Shown here: positions 1 through 7,941 of the stretch, one piece after another | Layout: each line of letters begins with the position of its first letter | Position numbering within the stretch: position 1 is the first letter of the stretch | Assembly (NCBI GenBank): GCA_947589335.1 | Contig: CANPZH010000001.1 | Location: forward strand, 1-34,536 | Origin: an uncultured Clostridia bacterium | GTDB lineage: Bacteria > Bacillota > Clostridia > Christensenellales > Borkfalkiaceae | DNA length: 34,536 bases | Direction of reading: 5' to 3' | Program-made: the position numbers and the translations under genes | The notes under the pieces: generated by a model | What the model was told of the DNA's origin: nothing | Seen by the model: the letters and a program-made list of their open reading frames with translations, nothing else | Databases searched by the model: none

Positions 1-669
1 TGCGTCTATGAGGAGACGGAGCTCGACGCGGTGACGGACGCCTTTTCGGTGACGAACGCCGTCACGCTCGCCTATGCGGACGCGGAGAGTTCGGGCGCGG
101 GAGAGACGGTGCGGCTGACGGAGCGGGTCACGGGGAAGGCGGCGCTCTCCTCCGCGGTCGACTTTTCCGACGTCTTCCAAGCGGTCACGCTGCAGCGGGC
201 GGAGGCGAATCTCGTTCACGGCGACGGCGCGCGTGTGGAGGGCGTCGCCATGGCGACGCTGCTCGTCCTCGGTGCAGACGGTTCCCACCGCGGCGTGGAG
301 ATGAGCCTCCCCTTCTCCGTTCCCGTGCGGGCGGAGGGGGACTGCGCGGTCTCCGTGCTCGCCTGCGGGACCTCGGCGCGGCAGCGGCAGGAGGGGGAGG
401 TCGAGGCGGAGGTCACGCTCCGGATCTCCGTCCTGCAGCAGAAAAAATTCTCCTTCCGTCCCGTCTGCGGGGCGGAGGAGGGGGAGCCGCTCCCCATCTG
501 CGACAGTGCGGTCAGCGTCTACGTCCCCCATGCGGGCGACGGTCTTTGGGAGCTTGCCAAGCGGCTCCTGAAGTCCCCCGAGGAGGTCGCCGCGAGCAAT
601 CCCGACCTCGAATTCCCCATCCGCGAGGGGCAGAGGGTCATTCTGTACCGCAAAAAAGATCTCGCATAA
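1..669 (+). CDS. C-terminal part of a hypothetical protein entering from upstream, with a LysM-like tail
   Basis: Frame 1 is open from base 1 to the TAA at 667-669, with host-like GC3-rich codons. The C-terminal LWELAKRLLKSPEEVAASNPDLEFPIREGQRVILY resembles a LysM-type motif. The rest could not be assigned by eye. Confidence 0.5.
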   Translation, partial: CVYEETELDAVTDAFSVTNAVTLAYADAESSGAGETVRLTERVTGKAALSSAVDFSDVFQAVTLQRAEANLVHGDGARVEGVAMATLLVLGADGSHRGVEMSLPFSVPVRAEGDCAVSVLACGTSARQRQEGEVEAEVTLRISVLQQKKFSFRPVCGAEEGEPLPICDSAVSVYVPHAGDGLWELAKRLLKSPEEVAASNPDLEFPIREGQRVILYRKKDLA

Positions 670-742
670 CCGCGCCCCCGAAAATATCCCCGCGCCGAAT
701 AATCGCGCCTCCCTTTCACATACTGCAAGCGGAGGAAGCATT

Positions 743-2119
743 ATGAACAAGAAATTTTTAAGCGGGATCCTCGCATGCGCGCTGGCGGCCGGTTCGGCGT
801 TCGGCGTTACGGCATGCAGAGACCTCGGCGAAAGCGGCACGGGCGGCACGGGCGGCACGGGCGAAAACCAGAACGTCGTCAAACCGGGGACGGTCATCAC
901 GGATGAGGCGCTCGTCCGCGAAATGATCGACGCGGTCAGCGGGGCGGAGATCGGCGGGCTGACCTGTTCCGCAAGTCTCGATATGAACATCACGGCGGAG
1001 GAGAAGTCCTCCGCAAAGGTCACGCTCGAGGGCTCTGCGCGCCTTCGCGGCGGGATGGAGGCGGACCTCTTCTGCGCCGTCGAGAACGGCAGCGGGGAAC
1101 AGCGCACGACCGGATACCACCTTCTGTTCGTGCGCGGAGACGCCCTCTACTCCGCGTCCAAAGAGGGGACGGAGGGCAACAAGGAGACCTTCGACGCCCT
1201 CAAAGCCGAGCTCAAGGCGGAGGATCCGCTCGTGCTCGGGCGGGAGGAAGCGGAGACGCTTCAGAGCGTTTTGAACGCGCCCGCCCTTTTGGGGATCGCG
1301 GGGAATTTGGCGTCCGTCGCGGAGGGGGTCGTCACCAAGACGGAGGGCGGATACTCCCTGACGTACGACGTCATCGCGGCGGCGGAGGGCCTGCTCGCGG
1401 GCGCGGAGAAGCTCGCGGAGACGGCCGAGACGACCGCGGGCATGACGGTGAGCGCGCTCTTTGCGCAGCCCTTCGTCTCCGACCTCTTCGGCAAGCTGCT
1501 CGGCGGCGTGACGGCGAAGGAGCTGTACGACCTCGCCGCGCCCCTTCTCCCCCAAGAGATCGTCTCCCTGCTCCCCGAGGCGGACGCAAAGGGCGACGCA
1601 TTCGGCTATCTGACGGGGCTGCTCCGTTCGGGCGACTTCTACGCCTCGGTGACGGGCGGAGAGGAGGACTGGGCGGCGTATAAGACCTTCGGCGAAGTGC
1701 CGCTCGAGACGCTCGCCGAGGCGCTCTCCGGCGGTACGCTCGAGGATCTCGGGCTGAAGGAGCTCCTGCACGGCTGGAGCGGAAAACTCGGGGAAAAACT
1801 CGTCGGGCTCGCCGCGGACCTTGCGGGGATCGGGGGGACGGCAAAGAGCGGGGAGGCGGAACTGACCGTCACCTTCTCCTTGGACGAGCAAAAAAAGCTC
1901 CTCGGCTTCTCCGCGGAGGGGCTGATCGCGGGAAGCCTTGCGCCCGAGGCGGAGGAGGGGGAGAGCGAGACCGTCCGCGCGGCGGAGACAGGTGAGACCT
2001 CCCTGCGCGCGTCGGTCAAGATCGAGGCGGCAATCGTCTCCTCCCCCGAACTCTTCGATCTTTCGGGCTGCGAATATTCCGAGGCGGACGGCGATAGGGC
2101 GCAGATCCCCTCCGCTTGA
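743..2119 (+). CDS. Putative secreted lipoprotein (hypothetical)
   Basis: ATG at 743 is preceded by a GGAGGAA RBS at 731-737. The N-terminus MNKKFLSGILACALAAGSAFGVTAC is a signal peptide with a lipobox cysteine. The gene is followed by a strong terminator. Confidence 0.75.
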   Translation: MNKKFLSGILACALAAGSAFGVTACRDLGESGTGGTGGTGENQNVVKPGTVITDEALVREMIDAVSGAEIGGLTCSASLDMNITAEEKSSAKVTLEGSARLRGGMEADLFCAVENGSGEQRTTGYHLLFVRGDALYSASKEGTEGNKETFDALKAELKAEDPLVLGREEAETLQSVLNAPALLGIAGNLASVAEGVVTKTEGGYSLTYDVIAAAEGLLAGAEKLAETAETTAGMTVSALFAQPFVSDLFGKLLGGVTAKELYDLAAPLLPQEIVSLLPEADAKGDAFGYLTGLLRSGDFYASVTGGEEDWAAYKTFGEVPLETLAEALSGGTLEDLGLKELLHGWSGKLGEKLVGLAADLAGIGGTAKSGEAELTVTFSLDEQKKLLGFSAEGLIAGSLAPEAEEGESETVRAAETGETSLRASVKIEAAIVSSPELFDLSGCEYSEADGDRAQIPSA

Positions 2120-2124
2120 ACACA

Positions 2125-2172
2125 GAAAGGGCTCTCCCCGGGGAAGGGGAGAGCCCTTTCTCTCTTTTTTTG
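2125..2172 (+). terminator. Rho-independent terminator
   Basis: GAAAGGGCTCTCCCC (2125-2139) pairs with GGGGAGAGCCCTTTC (2146-2160) and is followed by TCTCTTTTTTTG. Confidence 0.85.
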
Positions 2173-2201
2173 TTGCAAAGCGCGGAATTTTGTGCTAAAA
2201 T
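2173..2201 (+). promoter_or_regulatory. Sigma-A type promoter: TTGCAA, 17 nt spacer, TGcTAAAAT
   Basis: -35 TTGCAA at 2173-2178, a 17-nt spacer, and an extended -10 TGc TAAAAT at 2193-2201. The -10 overlaps the ATG at 2200, so the ATG at 2209 is the likely leaderless start. Confidence 0.55.
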
Positions 2202-2208
2202 GAAAACG

Positions 2209-3111
2209 ATGAACACGGTCCGCACAGACGTACCCGCAAAAATCAATCTCACGCTCGATCTCACGGGGAGGGAGAACGGCTATCATCTGCTCGATTCGCT
2301 CGTCACGACGGTCGATCTCTTCGACCGCATCGTCGCGCGGAAGCGCAAGGACGGGCTCATCTCCGTCTCCATGCACGGCATGGGGAGCGAACGGATCCCC
2401 CCCGAAGAGAACAACGCGCAGCGCGCGGGGGAGGCGTTTGCGGAGCGGTTCGGCGTTCCCGGGGCGGACATCGCCGTCTACAAGAATATCCCGGTCGGCG
2501 CGGGGCTCGGCGGCTCCTCGGCGGACGCCGCTGGGGTCCTTTTGGCGCTCGCGCGCCTGTACGGGATCGAGGACGCAAAGGCGCTCAAGGAGCTCGCGGA
2601 CGGGCTCGGCAGCGACACGGGCTACCTCCTCACCGGGGGGTTCGCCCGCCTGCGCGGCAGGGGCGAGCGCGTGGAGCCTCTCGGCGCGCCGCCCAAGCTC
2701 CATTTCCTCCTCCTGACGCCGCCGGAGGGGGTCTCCACGGCGGAATGCTACCGCCTGAGCGACGGATACGCGCCCCCGCCCCCGCGGACGGAGCGCGCGC
2801 TCGAGTGCCTTCGCTCGGGGAATTTCGAGTGGGCAGCAAAGCTCTTTTCCAACGGATTGTTCGAGGCGGCGAAGACGCTCGTCCCCGACGTCGGACGGGC
2901 GGCGGCGGAGCTGAAGGAGTTCTCCCCGTGGGCGGTGAACATGACGGGTTCGGGGAGCGGGGTCTACGCCGTGTTCGAGACGGAGGAGCTCTGCCGGTGG
3001 GCGAAGAGCAGGTACCGCGGAAAGTTCCGCGCCTATGTGCTCGGGACGGCGCAGGCGGAAAGGCACAGGATCAATCCCTTTGCCCTCGGCGAGGACGGGG
3101 AAGAGCAATAA
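2209..3111 (+). CDS. ispE: 4-diphosphocytidyl-2-C-methyl-D-erythritol kinase (GHMP kinase)
   Basis: The N-terminus (MKT)MNTVRTDVPAKINLTLDLTGRENGYHLLDSLVTTVDL and the GHMP motif IPVGAGLGGSSADAAGVL are typical of IspE. An alternative in-frame ATG lies at 2200. Confidence 0.9.
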   Translation: MNTVRTDVPAKINLTLDLTGRENGYHLLDSLVTTVDLFDRIVARKRKDGLISVSMHGMGSERIPPEENNAQRAGEAFAERFGVPGADIAVYKNIPVGAGLGGSSADAAGVLLALARLYGIEDAKALKELADGLGSDTGYLLTGGFARLRGRGERVEPLGAPPKLHFLLLTPPEGVSTAECYRLSDGYAPPPPRTERALECLRSGNFEWAAKLFSNGLFEAAKTLVPDVGRAAAELKEFSPWAVNMTGSGSGVYAVFETEELCRWAKSRYRGKFRAYVLGTAQAERHRINPFALGEDGEEQ

Positions 3112-3121
3112 AGGAGAAATT

Positions 3122-4012
3122 ATGGAAGAAAGAATCATCGACGATCCCCGCAAGATCAAGGTCAAGCGGAACGGCGCAGGCGGCATCGAAGACGCAACGG
3201 ACGAGCTCGCGCCCGACGCCGGGGAAGGGGCGGAGGAGGAGCTCGAGCTCACCCTGCCCGAGGAGGAATTCGAGGACGAAGACCTCATCGGGCTTGCGCC
3301 CTCCCAGCTCGCAAAGGAGCTCGAACGCCGCGAAAAGGAGGCGGAGGAGATGCGCGCTGAGCGCGACAGGCTCCTTGCGGAGGCCGAACGCGCGGCAAAG
3401 CGGGAAGACTACGAAGGCGCGGAGCCCTTCTATGCGCAGGCCCTCCTCTATGACGGGGAATCGGAGGCGGCAAAGCGGGGGATCTGGATCTGCCGCACGC
3501 GGAACTTCACGCAGACGGAGCCTCTCTTCCGCCGCACGGTCGCCGCGGAATTTGCCGCGGCGGACGGGGAGACGAGGGAGTTCGTCCTCTCGAAGATCGG
3601 CGAGACGCTCCGCATGGACCGCGACGAGACGGAGCGGCAGGCGGCTCCTCTCCGCGAACGGGTGCACGGGGCGCAGGAAAAGCGCAGGGGCGCCTTCCGC
3701 GATAACCGCAATTACTATCTCGTGCGGTTCTGCGTCTTTGCGGCGGTGTTCGTGCTGTTTGCGCTCGCCGCCGGCATCAGCGCGACGTTCATCGTGCGCA
3801 CGCAGGGGATTGTCCCCATCGTGCTCGCGGCGGCGTTCGGCGGGATCGCGCTCATCGGGCTCGCGGTCGCCTTCCTCTTCTCGCGCAAACTGGTCGTTGC
3901 ACAGCGGCTCGTGCGGGACAACGAGAAGCTCTCCTCCACCGAAGAGGGCGCGCAGCTCGCCCGTCTCGAAGAGCGGCTCGAACTGCTCGAACTGCTGTTG
4001 GACGGGGAATGA
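3122..4012 (+). CDS. Hypothetical membrane protein: acidic coiled-coil N-terminus and two TM helices
   Basis: ATG at 3122 follows an AAAGGAGAAA RBS. The product has an Glu/Arg-rich helical N-terminal half and two hydrophobic segments (YLVRFCVFAAVFVLFALAAGISATFIV and IVLAAAFGGIALIGLAVAFLF). No family was recognised. Confidence 0.7.
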   Translation: MEERIIDDPRKIKVKRNGAGGIEDATDELAPDAGEGAEEELELTLPEEEFEDEDLIGLAPSQLAKELERREKEAEEMRAERDRLLAEAERAAKREDYEGAEPFYAQALLYDGESEAAKRGIWICRTRNFTQTEPLFRRTVAAEFAAADGETREFVLSKIGETLRMDRDETERQAAPLRERVHGAQEKRRGAFRDNRNYYLVRFCVFAAVFVLFALAAGISATFIVRTQGIVPIVLAAAFGGIALIGLAVAFLFSRKLVVAQRLVRDNEKLSSTEEGAQLARLEERLELLELLLDGE

Positions 4013-4025
4013 CCGCAAAAAACGC

Positions 4026-4063
4026 AAGGGGCGGCGGCGCATGGGCGCCGCCGCCCTTTTTAC
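4026..4063 (+). terminator. Rho-independent terminator
   Basis: AAGGGGCGGCGGCGC (4026-4040) pairs with GCGCCGCCGCCCTTT (4045-4059) and is followed by a T run. Confidence 0.85.
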
Positions 4064-4104
4064 GCTTTGTGACAAAAAAGTGTCGGAATTTTTCGGAAAG
4101 GGTA

Positions 4105-4133
4105 TTTACTTTACATCTTTTTTGCGCTATAAT
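4105..4133 (+). promoter_or_regulatory. Sigma-A type promoter: TTTACT, 17 nt spacer, TATAAT
   Basis: -35 TTTACT at 4105-4110, -10 TATAAT at 4128-4133, and an AAGGAGGA RBS at 4158-4165 ahead of the ATG at 4171. Confidence 0.6.
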
Positions 4134-4170
4134 AGGGGCGCAACGGTGCATACGGGCAAGGAGGAATCAT

Positions 4171-4911
4171 ATGGATCTGATCTACGAGGGCGTCGGCAAG
4201 AAGGTCTACCGCGACGGCGACAAACTCATCAAATCGTTCGACGAGAGCTATTCCAAGGCGGGGATCCTGAACGAAGCGCTCAACCAGGCGCGCGTCGAGG
4301 AGACCTCTCTCCACATCCCCAAGATCCTCGAAGTCTCCGTCATCGACGGGAAGTGGTCGCTGACGTGGGAGTTCATCGAGGGGGAAACGCTCGAATCGCT
4401 CATGAAACGCCATCCCGAAAAGACGGAGGAATATCTCGACTTTTTCGTCGATCTGCAGGTGCGCATGAGCAAGGAGAAGGTCCCGCTGTTGGGACATCTC
4501 CGCGACAAGATGCACGCCAAGATCTCGGCGAGCTCCTTCCCCGCGACGGTGCGGTACGATCTGCATGTGCGGCTCGACGGTCTGCCCCGCCACAAAAAGC
4601 TCTGCCACGGCGATTTCCAGCCGAGCAACATCATCATCACGAAGGACGGCACGCCCTACATCATCGACTGGGCGCATGCGACGCAGGGCAACGGCTCGGC
4701 GGACGCGGCGAGGACGTACCTGCTCTTCCATCTGCACGGGCAGGAGGAACTCGCGGAAAGGTATCTGCACAAGTATTGCCTCAAGACGGATACGGCGCTC
4801 CAATACGTCCAGCGGATCCTGCCCATCGTGGCGGCTTCGCAGTCGGTGAAGAAGAAGCCGGAGGAACAGGAGTTCCTCTCCAAATGGGTCAACGTCTGCG
4901 ACTGGCAGTAA
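4171..4911 (+). CDS. Phosphotransferase of the APH / choline-kinase-like family
   Basis: Good RBS. The catalytic-loop motif HGDFQPSNIII and the downstream YIIDWAHA match the aminoglycoside phosphotransferase / ChoK kinase fold. The substrate is unknown. Confidence 0.8.
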   Translation: MDLIYEGVGKKVYRDGDKLIKSFDESYSKAGILNEALNQARVEETSLHIPKILEVSVIDGKWSLTWEFIEGETLESLMKRHPEKTEEYLDFFVDLQVRMSKEKVPLLGHLRDKMHAKISASSFPATVRYDLHVRLDGLPRHKKLCHGDFQPSNIIITKDGTPYIIDWAHATQGNGSADAARTYLLFHLHGQEELAERYLHKYCLKTDTALQYVQRILPIVAASQSVKKKPEEQEFLSKWVNVCDWQ

Positions 4912-4921
4912 CGGAGATTCA

Positions 4922-4952
4922 AGCGCCCGCCGTGCATCGCACGGCGGGCGCT
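4922..4952 (+). terminator. Stem-loop terminator (14-bp stem)
   Basis: AGCGCCCGCCGTGC (4922-4935) pairs with GCACGGCGGGCGCT (4939-4952). The T run is weak and displaced (GTTTTTA, 5 nt downstream). Confidence 0.65.
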
Positions 4953-4980
4953 TGACAGTTTTTACGGTTTTTTATATAAT
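4952..4980 (+). promoter_or_regulatory. Consensus sigma-A promoter (TTGACA, 17 nt spacer, TATAAT) driving a leaderless mRNA
   Basis: TTGACA at 4952-4957 and TATAAT at 4975-4980. The ATG of the next gene starts at 4987, only 6 nt after the -10, and there is no RBS. Confidence 0.7.
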
Positions 4981-4986
4981 AAGCGC

Positions 4987-6084
4987 ATGAGTATTTATCT
5001 GGACTATGCTGCCACGGCGCCCCTCCGCGGGGAGGCGCTCGAGGCGATGATGCCCTATCTCAAGGAGACCTTCGGCAATCCCGATTCCCTGCACGCCGCC
5101 GGCAGGGCGGCGGCGCGCGCCGTCACGGACGCGCGCGATAAGATCGCGGAGACGCTCGGGGTCAAACCCCGCGAGGTGTATTTCACCTCGGGCGGCACGG
5201 AGGCGGACAACTGGGCGGTGCGCCTTCTCGGGAGAGGGGAGGCGGTCCTTTCGCCCATCGAACATGCGGCGGTCCTCTCGGCCGCCCCCCTGCGCGAGGG
5301 CGGATATGCGCGCTCGGAGGCGGGGGAAGACGGCGCCGTCACCGCGGAACAGATCGGCCGCGCGATGACGGAGCGGACGGGGCTCGTCTGCGCGATGTCC
5401 GTGAACAACGAGACGGGCTGCATCCAGCCGGTCCGCGAGATCGCCGCGCTCGCCCATGCGCACGGCGCGCTCTTCTTTTCGGACTGCGTACAGGCGGCAT
5501 GCACGCTCGATTTGAAGGACGTATTGCGTTTTGCGGACGCGATCTCCCTCTCGGCGCATAAAGCAGGAGGGCCGAAGGGGGTCGGCGCGCTGATCGTGAG
5601 AGAGGGGACGCAGCTTTGGCCCCTCATCGCGGGAGGGGAGCAGGAGCGCGGGCTCCGCGGCGGGACGGTCAACGTCGCGGGAGCCGTCGGCTTTGCCTGC
5701 GCCCTTGCGCTCGCACAGGCGGAGCGGGAGGCGTTCTGCGCCCGCACGGGGCGTCTGCGCGATCTGTTCGAGGGGCGGATCCTGTCCGCGCTCGGGGAGG
5801 ACGTGCGGGTCAACGGAGACCGCCGTGCGCCGAACATCTCGAATTTGAGTTTCCGGGGCGCGAGCGAGGCGCTTTTGAGCCGTCTCGACCTCGCGGGGAT
5901 CGAAGCCTCGGGGGGAGCCGCCTGCTCGGCGCATGCGGCGCTGCCCTCCCACGTTCTGCTCGCGATGGGGCGGAGCGAGGCGGAGGCGCGGAGGACGGTG
6001 CGGTTCTCCTTCGGACGGGAGACGTCGGAAGAGAACGTCCTCCTTGCGGCAGACGCCGTCATCGCCTGCGTGAAGAGAAGTTAG
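4987..6084 (+). CDS. Cysteine desulfurase / class V aminotransferase (NifS-IscS-like paralog 1)
   Basis: MSIYLDYAATAPL...FGNPDSLHAAGR...YFTSGGTEADN, the PLP-lysine motif SLSAHKAGGPKGVGAL and the active-site loop SGGAACSA are all present. Confidence 0.9.
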   Translation: MSIYLDYAATAPLRGEALEAMMPYLKETFGNPDSLHAAGRAAARAVTDARDKIAETLGVKPREVYFTSGGTEADNWAVRLLGRGEAVLSPIEHAAVLSAAPLREGGYARSEAGEDGAVTAEQIGRAMTERTGLVCAMSVNNETGCIQPVREIAALAHAHGALFFSDCVQAACTLDLKDVLRFADAISLSAHKAGGPKGVGALIVREGTQLWPLIAGGEQERGLRGGTVNVAGAVGFACALALAQAEREAFCARTGRLRDLFEGRILSALGEDVRVNGDRRAPNISNLSFRGASEALLSRLDLAGIEASGGAACSAHAALPSHVLLAMGRSEAEARRTVRFSFGRETSEENVLLAADAVIACVKRS

Positions 6085-6117
6085 CCCCCGCTTTTTCCGG
6101 GGACCCTTGAACCTTTC

Positions 6118-6162
6118 GGGCGCGGACCGCCGGCAGGCGGTCCGCGCCCCTTTTCGCTTTTT
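6118..6162 (+). terminator. Rho-independent terminator
   Basis: GGGCGCGGACCGCC (6118-6131) pairs with GGCGGTCCGCGCCC (6136-6149) and is followed by CTTTTCGCTTTTT. Confidence 0.85.
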
Positions 6163-6275
6163 CCGCCCTCCCGCGGATTTCCCCCTTTTGCGCATTCATT
6201 CGACAGCCGAAACCTCTTCTAAATCCGGAATCGCCGGCATACATTATGACAAATCGATTTTCAAGAGGTGTCATC

Positions 6276-7007
6276 ATGAATGAAGAACTCGAATATGCAG
6301 AGATGCTCGAGATCCCCGTGGAGACGGTCACGGTCAACCGCAAAGAGCGCAAAAAGCGGGAACGGGTGCCCGATCTCAAGGAACAGCTCGTGCAGGAGGT
6401 CAACGAGCGCATGGAGTCCGAGGAGGACCCCGCCTATGCGGAGAGCACGCCCATTGCCCGCGAACAGGCGTATGAGGCGCGCGGAAAGAAGATCGCGCGG
6501 CGGGTGCTGGTCTGCGAATTCGTCGCCGTGTGCGCCCTCTGCGCCGCGATCTTCCTCACCAACATCTTTCTGACGGACAGCGCGATCAACACGTTCGTGC
6601 GCGGTCTCTTCCGCGGGAACGCCGCGCAGGCGGACAACCGCGCCTATACCGAGTTCACCCTCTCTCCCGTCGTCAACGACTCCGTGGATGCCGAGATCGC
6701 CGTCTCCGAGACGGGCGTGATCTCCTTCACCGGACAGTGCAGCGTCTATTCCCCCTGCGACGGCTCCGTCGCGTCGGTGAACGGCAATGCCGAGACGGGC
6801 TACACGGTCGAGGTCAAACATTCCGACTCCTTTTCGAGCATCATCAGCGGGCTGAGCGCCGTCTATTGCGCGGAGGGGGAGCGCGTACGGGCGAACCTGC
6901 CCCTCGGCTACAGCGACGGCGAGGGCGAAGTGCGGGTGATGCTCTATTCGGACGGGACGCTTTTAAGCTGTCTCACCGCAGACGGCAACACGCTTGCGTG
7001 GAGCTGA
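6276..7007 (+). CDS. SpoIVFA-like membrane protein with a degenerate LytM/M23 domain
   Basis: The product has a charged N-terminus, one TM helix (VLVCEFVAVCALCAAIFLTNIFL) and a C-terminal M23-like fold (CDGSVASV...YTVEVKHSDSFSSIISGL) that lacks the HxH metal motif. The gene is translationally coupled to the following M50 protease gene, as in the spoIVF operon. An alternative start lies at 6246. Confidence 0.6.
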   Translation: MNEELEYAEMLEIPVETVTVNRKERKKRERVPDLKEQLVQEVNERMESEEDPAYAESTPIAREQAYEARGKKIARRVLVCEFVAVCALCAAIFLTNIFLTDSAINTFVRGLFRGNAAQADNRAYTEFTLSPVVNDSVDAEIAVSETGVISFTGQCSVYSPCDGSVASVNGNAETGYTVEVKHSDSFSSIISGLSAVYCAEGERVRANLPLGYSDGEGEVRVMLYSDGTLLSCLTADGNTLAWS

Positions 7008-7818
7008 CGTAAAGCTGAGGCTGCACCCGCTCTTTCTCGCGGCGGGTGCGGTCTCCGCGCTCACGGGGGATCTGCTCCTCTTCCTCGCCGCGACGCTCGC
7101 GGCGCTCGAGCACGAGTGCGCGCACGCCTTTGCCGCACGGCGGTTCGGGTACCGGCTCGACCGGATCGTCCTCATGCCCTACGGGGCGGTGATCTCTGGG
7201 GACATCGCGGGGATCCCGCCGGGGGAGGAGATTGCGGTCTGCCTGGCGGGCCCGCTCGCGAACGCCGTCACCGCGCTCGCATTCGCCGCGCTCTGGTGGC
7301 TCTTCCCGGAGACCTATCCCTACACCGACGTCGCGGCGCGGGTCTCCCTCTCCCTCTTTCTCGTCAACCTTCTGCCCGCCTTCCCGCTGGACGGCGGGCG
7401 GCTGCTCCGCCTCGCGCTGCTCCGCTTCGGGCAGGCGCGGGCGCGGGCCGTCTGCAGGGCGGTGACGCTCGCGGTCTCCGCGGGGATCCTCGCCTATTTC
7501 ATCGCGACCTGTTTCGGGGAGCCCAACTTCGGCGCGCTCCTCTTTTCGGCGCTGCTCGCGGCGGGCGCCTTCGGGGGCGGGAGCTATGCGCGGCTCACCT
7601 TCACCCACGGCAAGAATTTCGCGAGGGGGGTCGAGGAGCGGCGGATCGCGGTCGAAGCGGGCATGGCGGCGGGGAGAGCGGTCCGCTTTCTGCGCGAGGA
7701 TAAGTATCTTGTGCTCGTGCTCTTTGAGGAGAGGGAATTTGTGGGGGAGGTCACGGAGGACGAATTGCTCCGCGAACTGGAGGCGGGCAACTACGAAAAA
7801 CCGCTGAAAGCCATCTGA
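6994..7818 (+). CDS. spoIVFB: M50 site-2 metalloprotease, SpoIVFB-like (pro-sigma-K processing type)
   Basis: Contains the HExxH motif (LEHECAHAF), the NLLPAFPLDGGR motif and multiple TM helices. The TTG start at 6994 overlaps the upstream stop codon at 7005-7007. Confidence 0.75.
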   Translation: MRGADVKLRLHPLFLAAGAVSALTGDLLLFLAATLAALEHECAHAFAARRFGYRLDRIVLMPYGAVISGDIAGIPPGEEIAVCLAGPLANAVTALAFAALWWLFPETYPYTDVAARVSLSLFLVNLLPAFPLDGGRLLRLALLRFGQARARAVCRAVTLAVSAGILAYFIATCFGEPNFGALLFSALLAAGAFGGGSYARLTFTHGKNFARGVEERRIAVEAGMAAGRAVRFLREDKYLVLVLFEEREFVGEVTEDELLRELEAGNYEKPLKAI

Positions 7819-7820
7819 TC

Positions 7821-7857
7821 TTGCGGCGCGCCCGCCTGCACGGCGGGCGCGCCGCAA
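7821..7857 (+). terminator. GC-rich stem-loop (16-bp stem) without a clear U-tract
   Basis: TTGCGGCGCGCCCGCC (7821-7836) pairs with GGCGGGCGCGCCGCAA (7842-7857). Confidence 0.55.
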
Positions 7858-7880
7858 AAGCGAAAACTCTCCAAAACCAG

Positions 7881-7909
7881 TTGCGTCAAAGCCGAATCTA
7901 TGATAAAAT
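7881..7909 (+). promoter_or_regulatory. Sigma-A type promoter: TTGCGT, 17 nt spacer, TGaTAAAAT
   Basis: -35 at 7881-7886 and an extended -10 at 7901-7909, upstream of the RNase G/E gene. Confidence 0.6.
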
Positions 7910-7941
7910 GAGGGTGACTTCTTTGAGGGTTCGGTTGTTTT

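Noticed and set aside
1639-3288. Long antisense or off-frame ORFs overlapping real genes. Examples are 1639-3288(-), 758-1891(-), 2745-4955(+), 4972-6195(-), 6973-9480(-), 10741-12036(-), 14946-16532(-), 16629-19826(-), 20479-21768(-), 23424-24527(-), 27799-29007(+) and 29393-30514(-).
   Set aside because: These are typical stop-codon-poor alternate frames of high-GC DNA. Their translations are Arg/Pro/Gly/Ala-rich low-complexity sequence with no motifs or RBS. Each is fully explained by a well-supported gene with recognisable family motifs on the other frame or strand.
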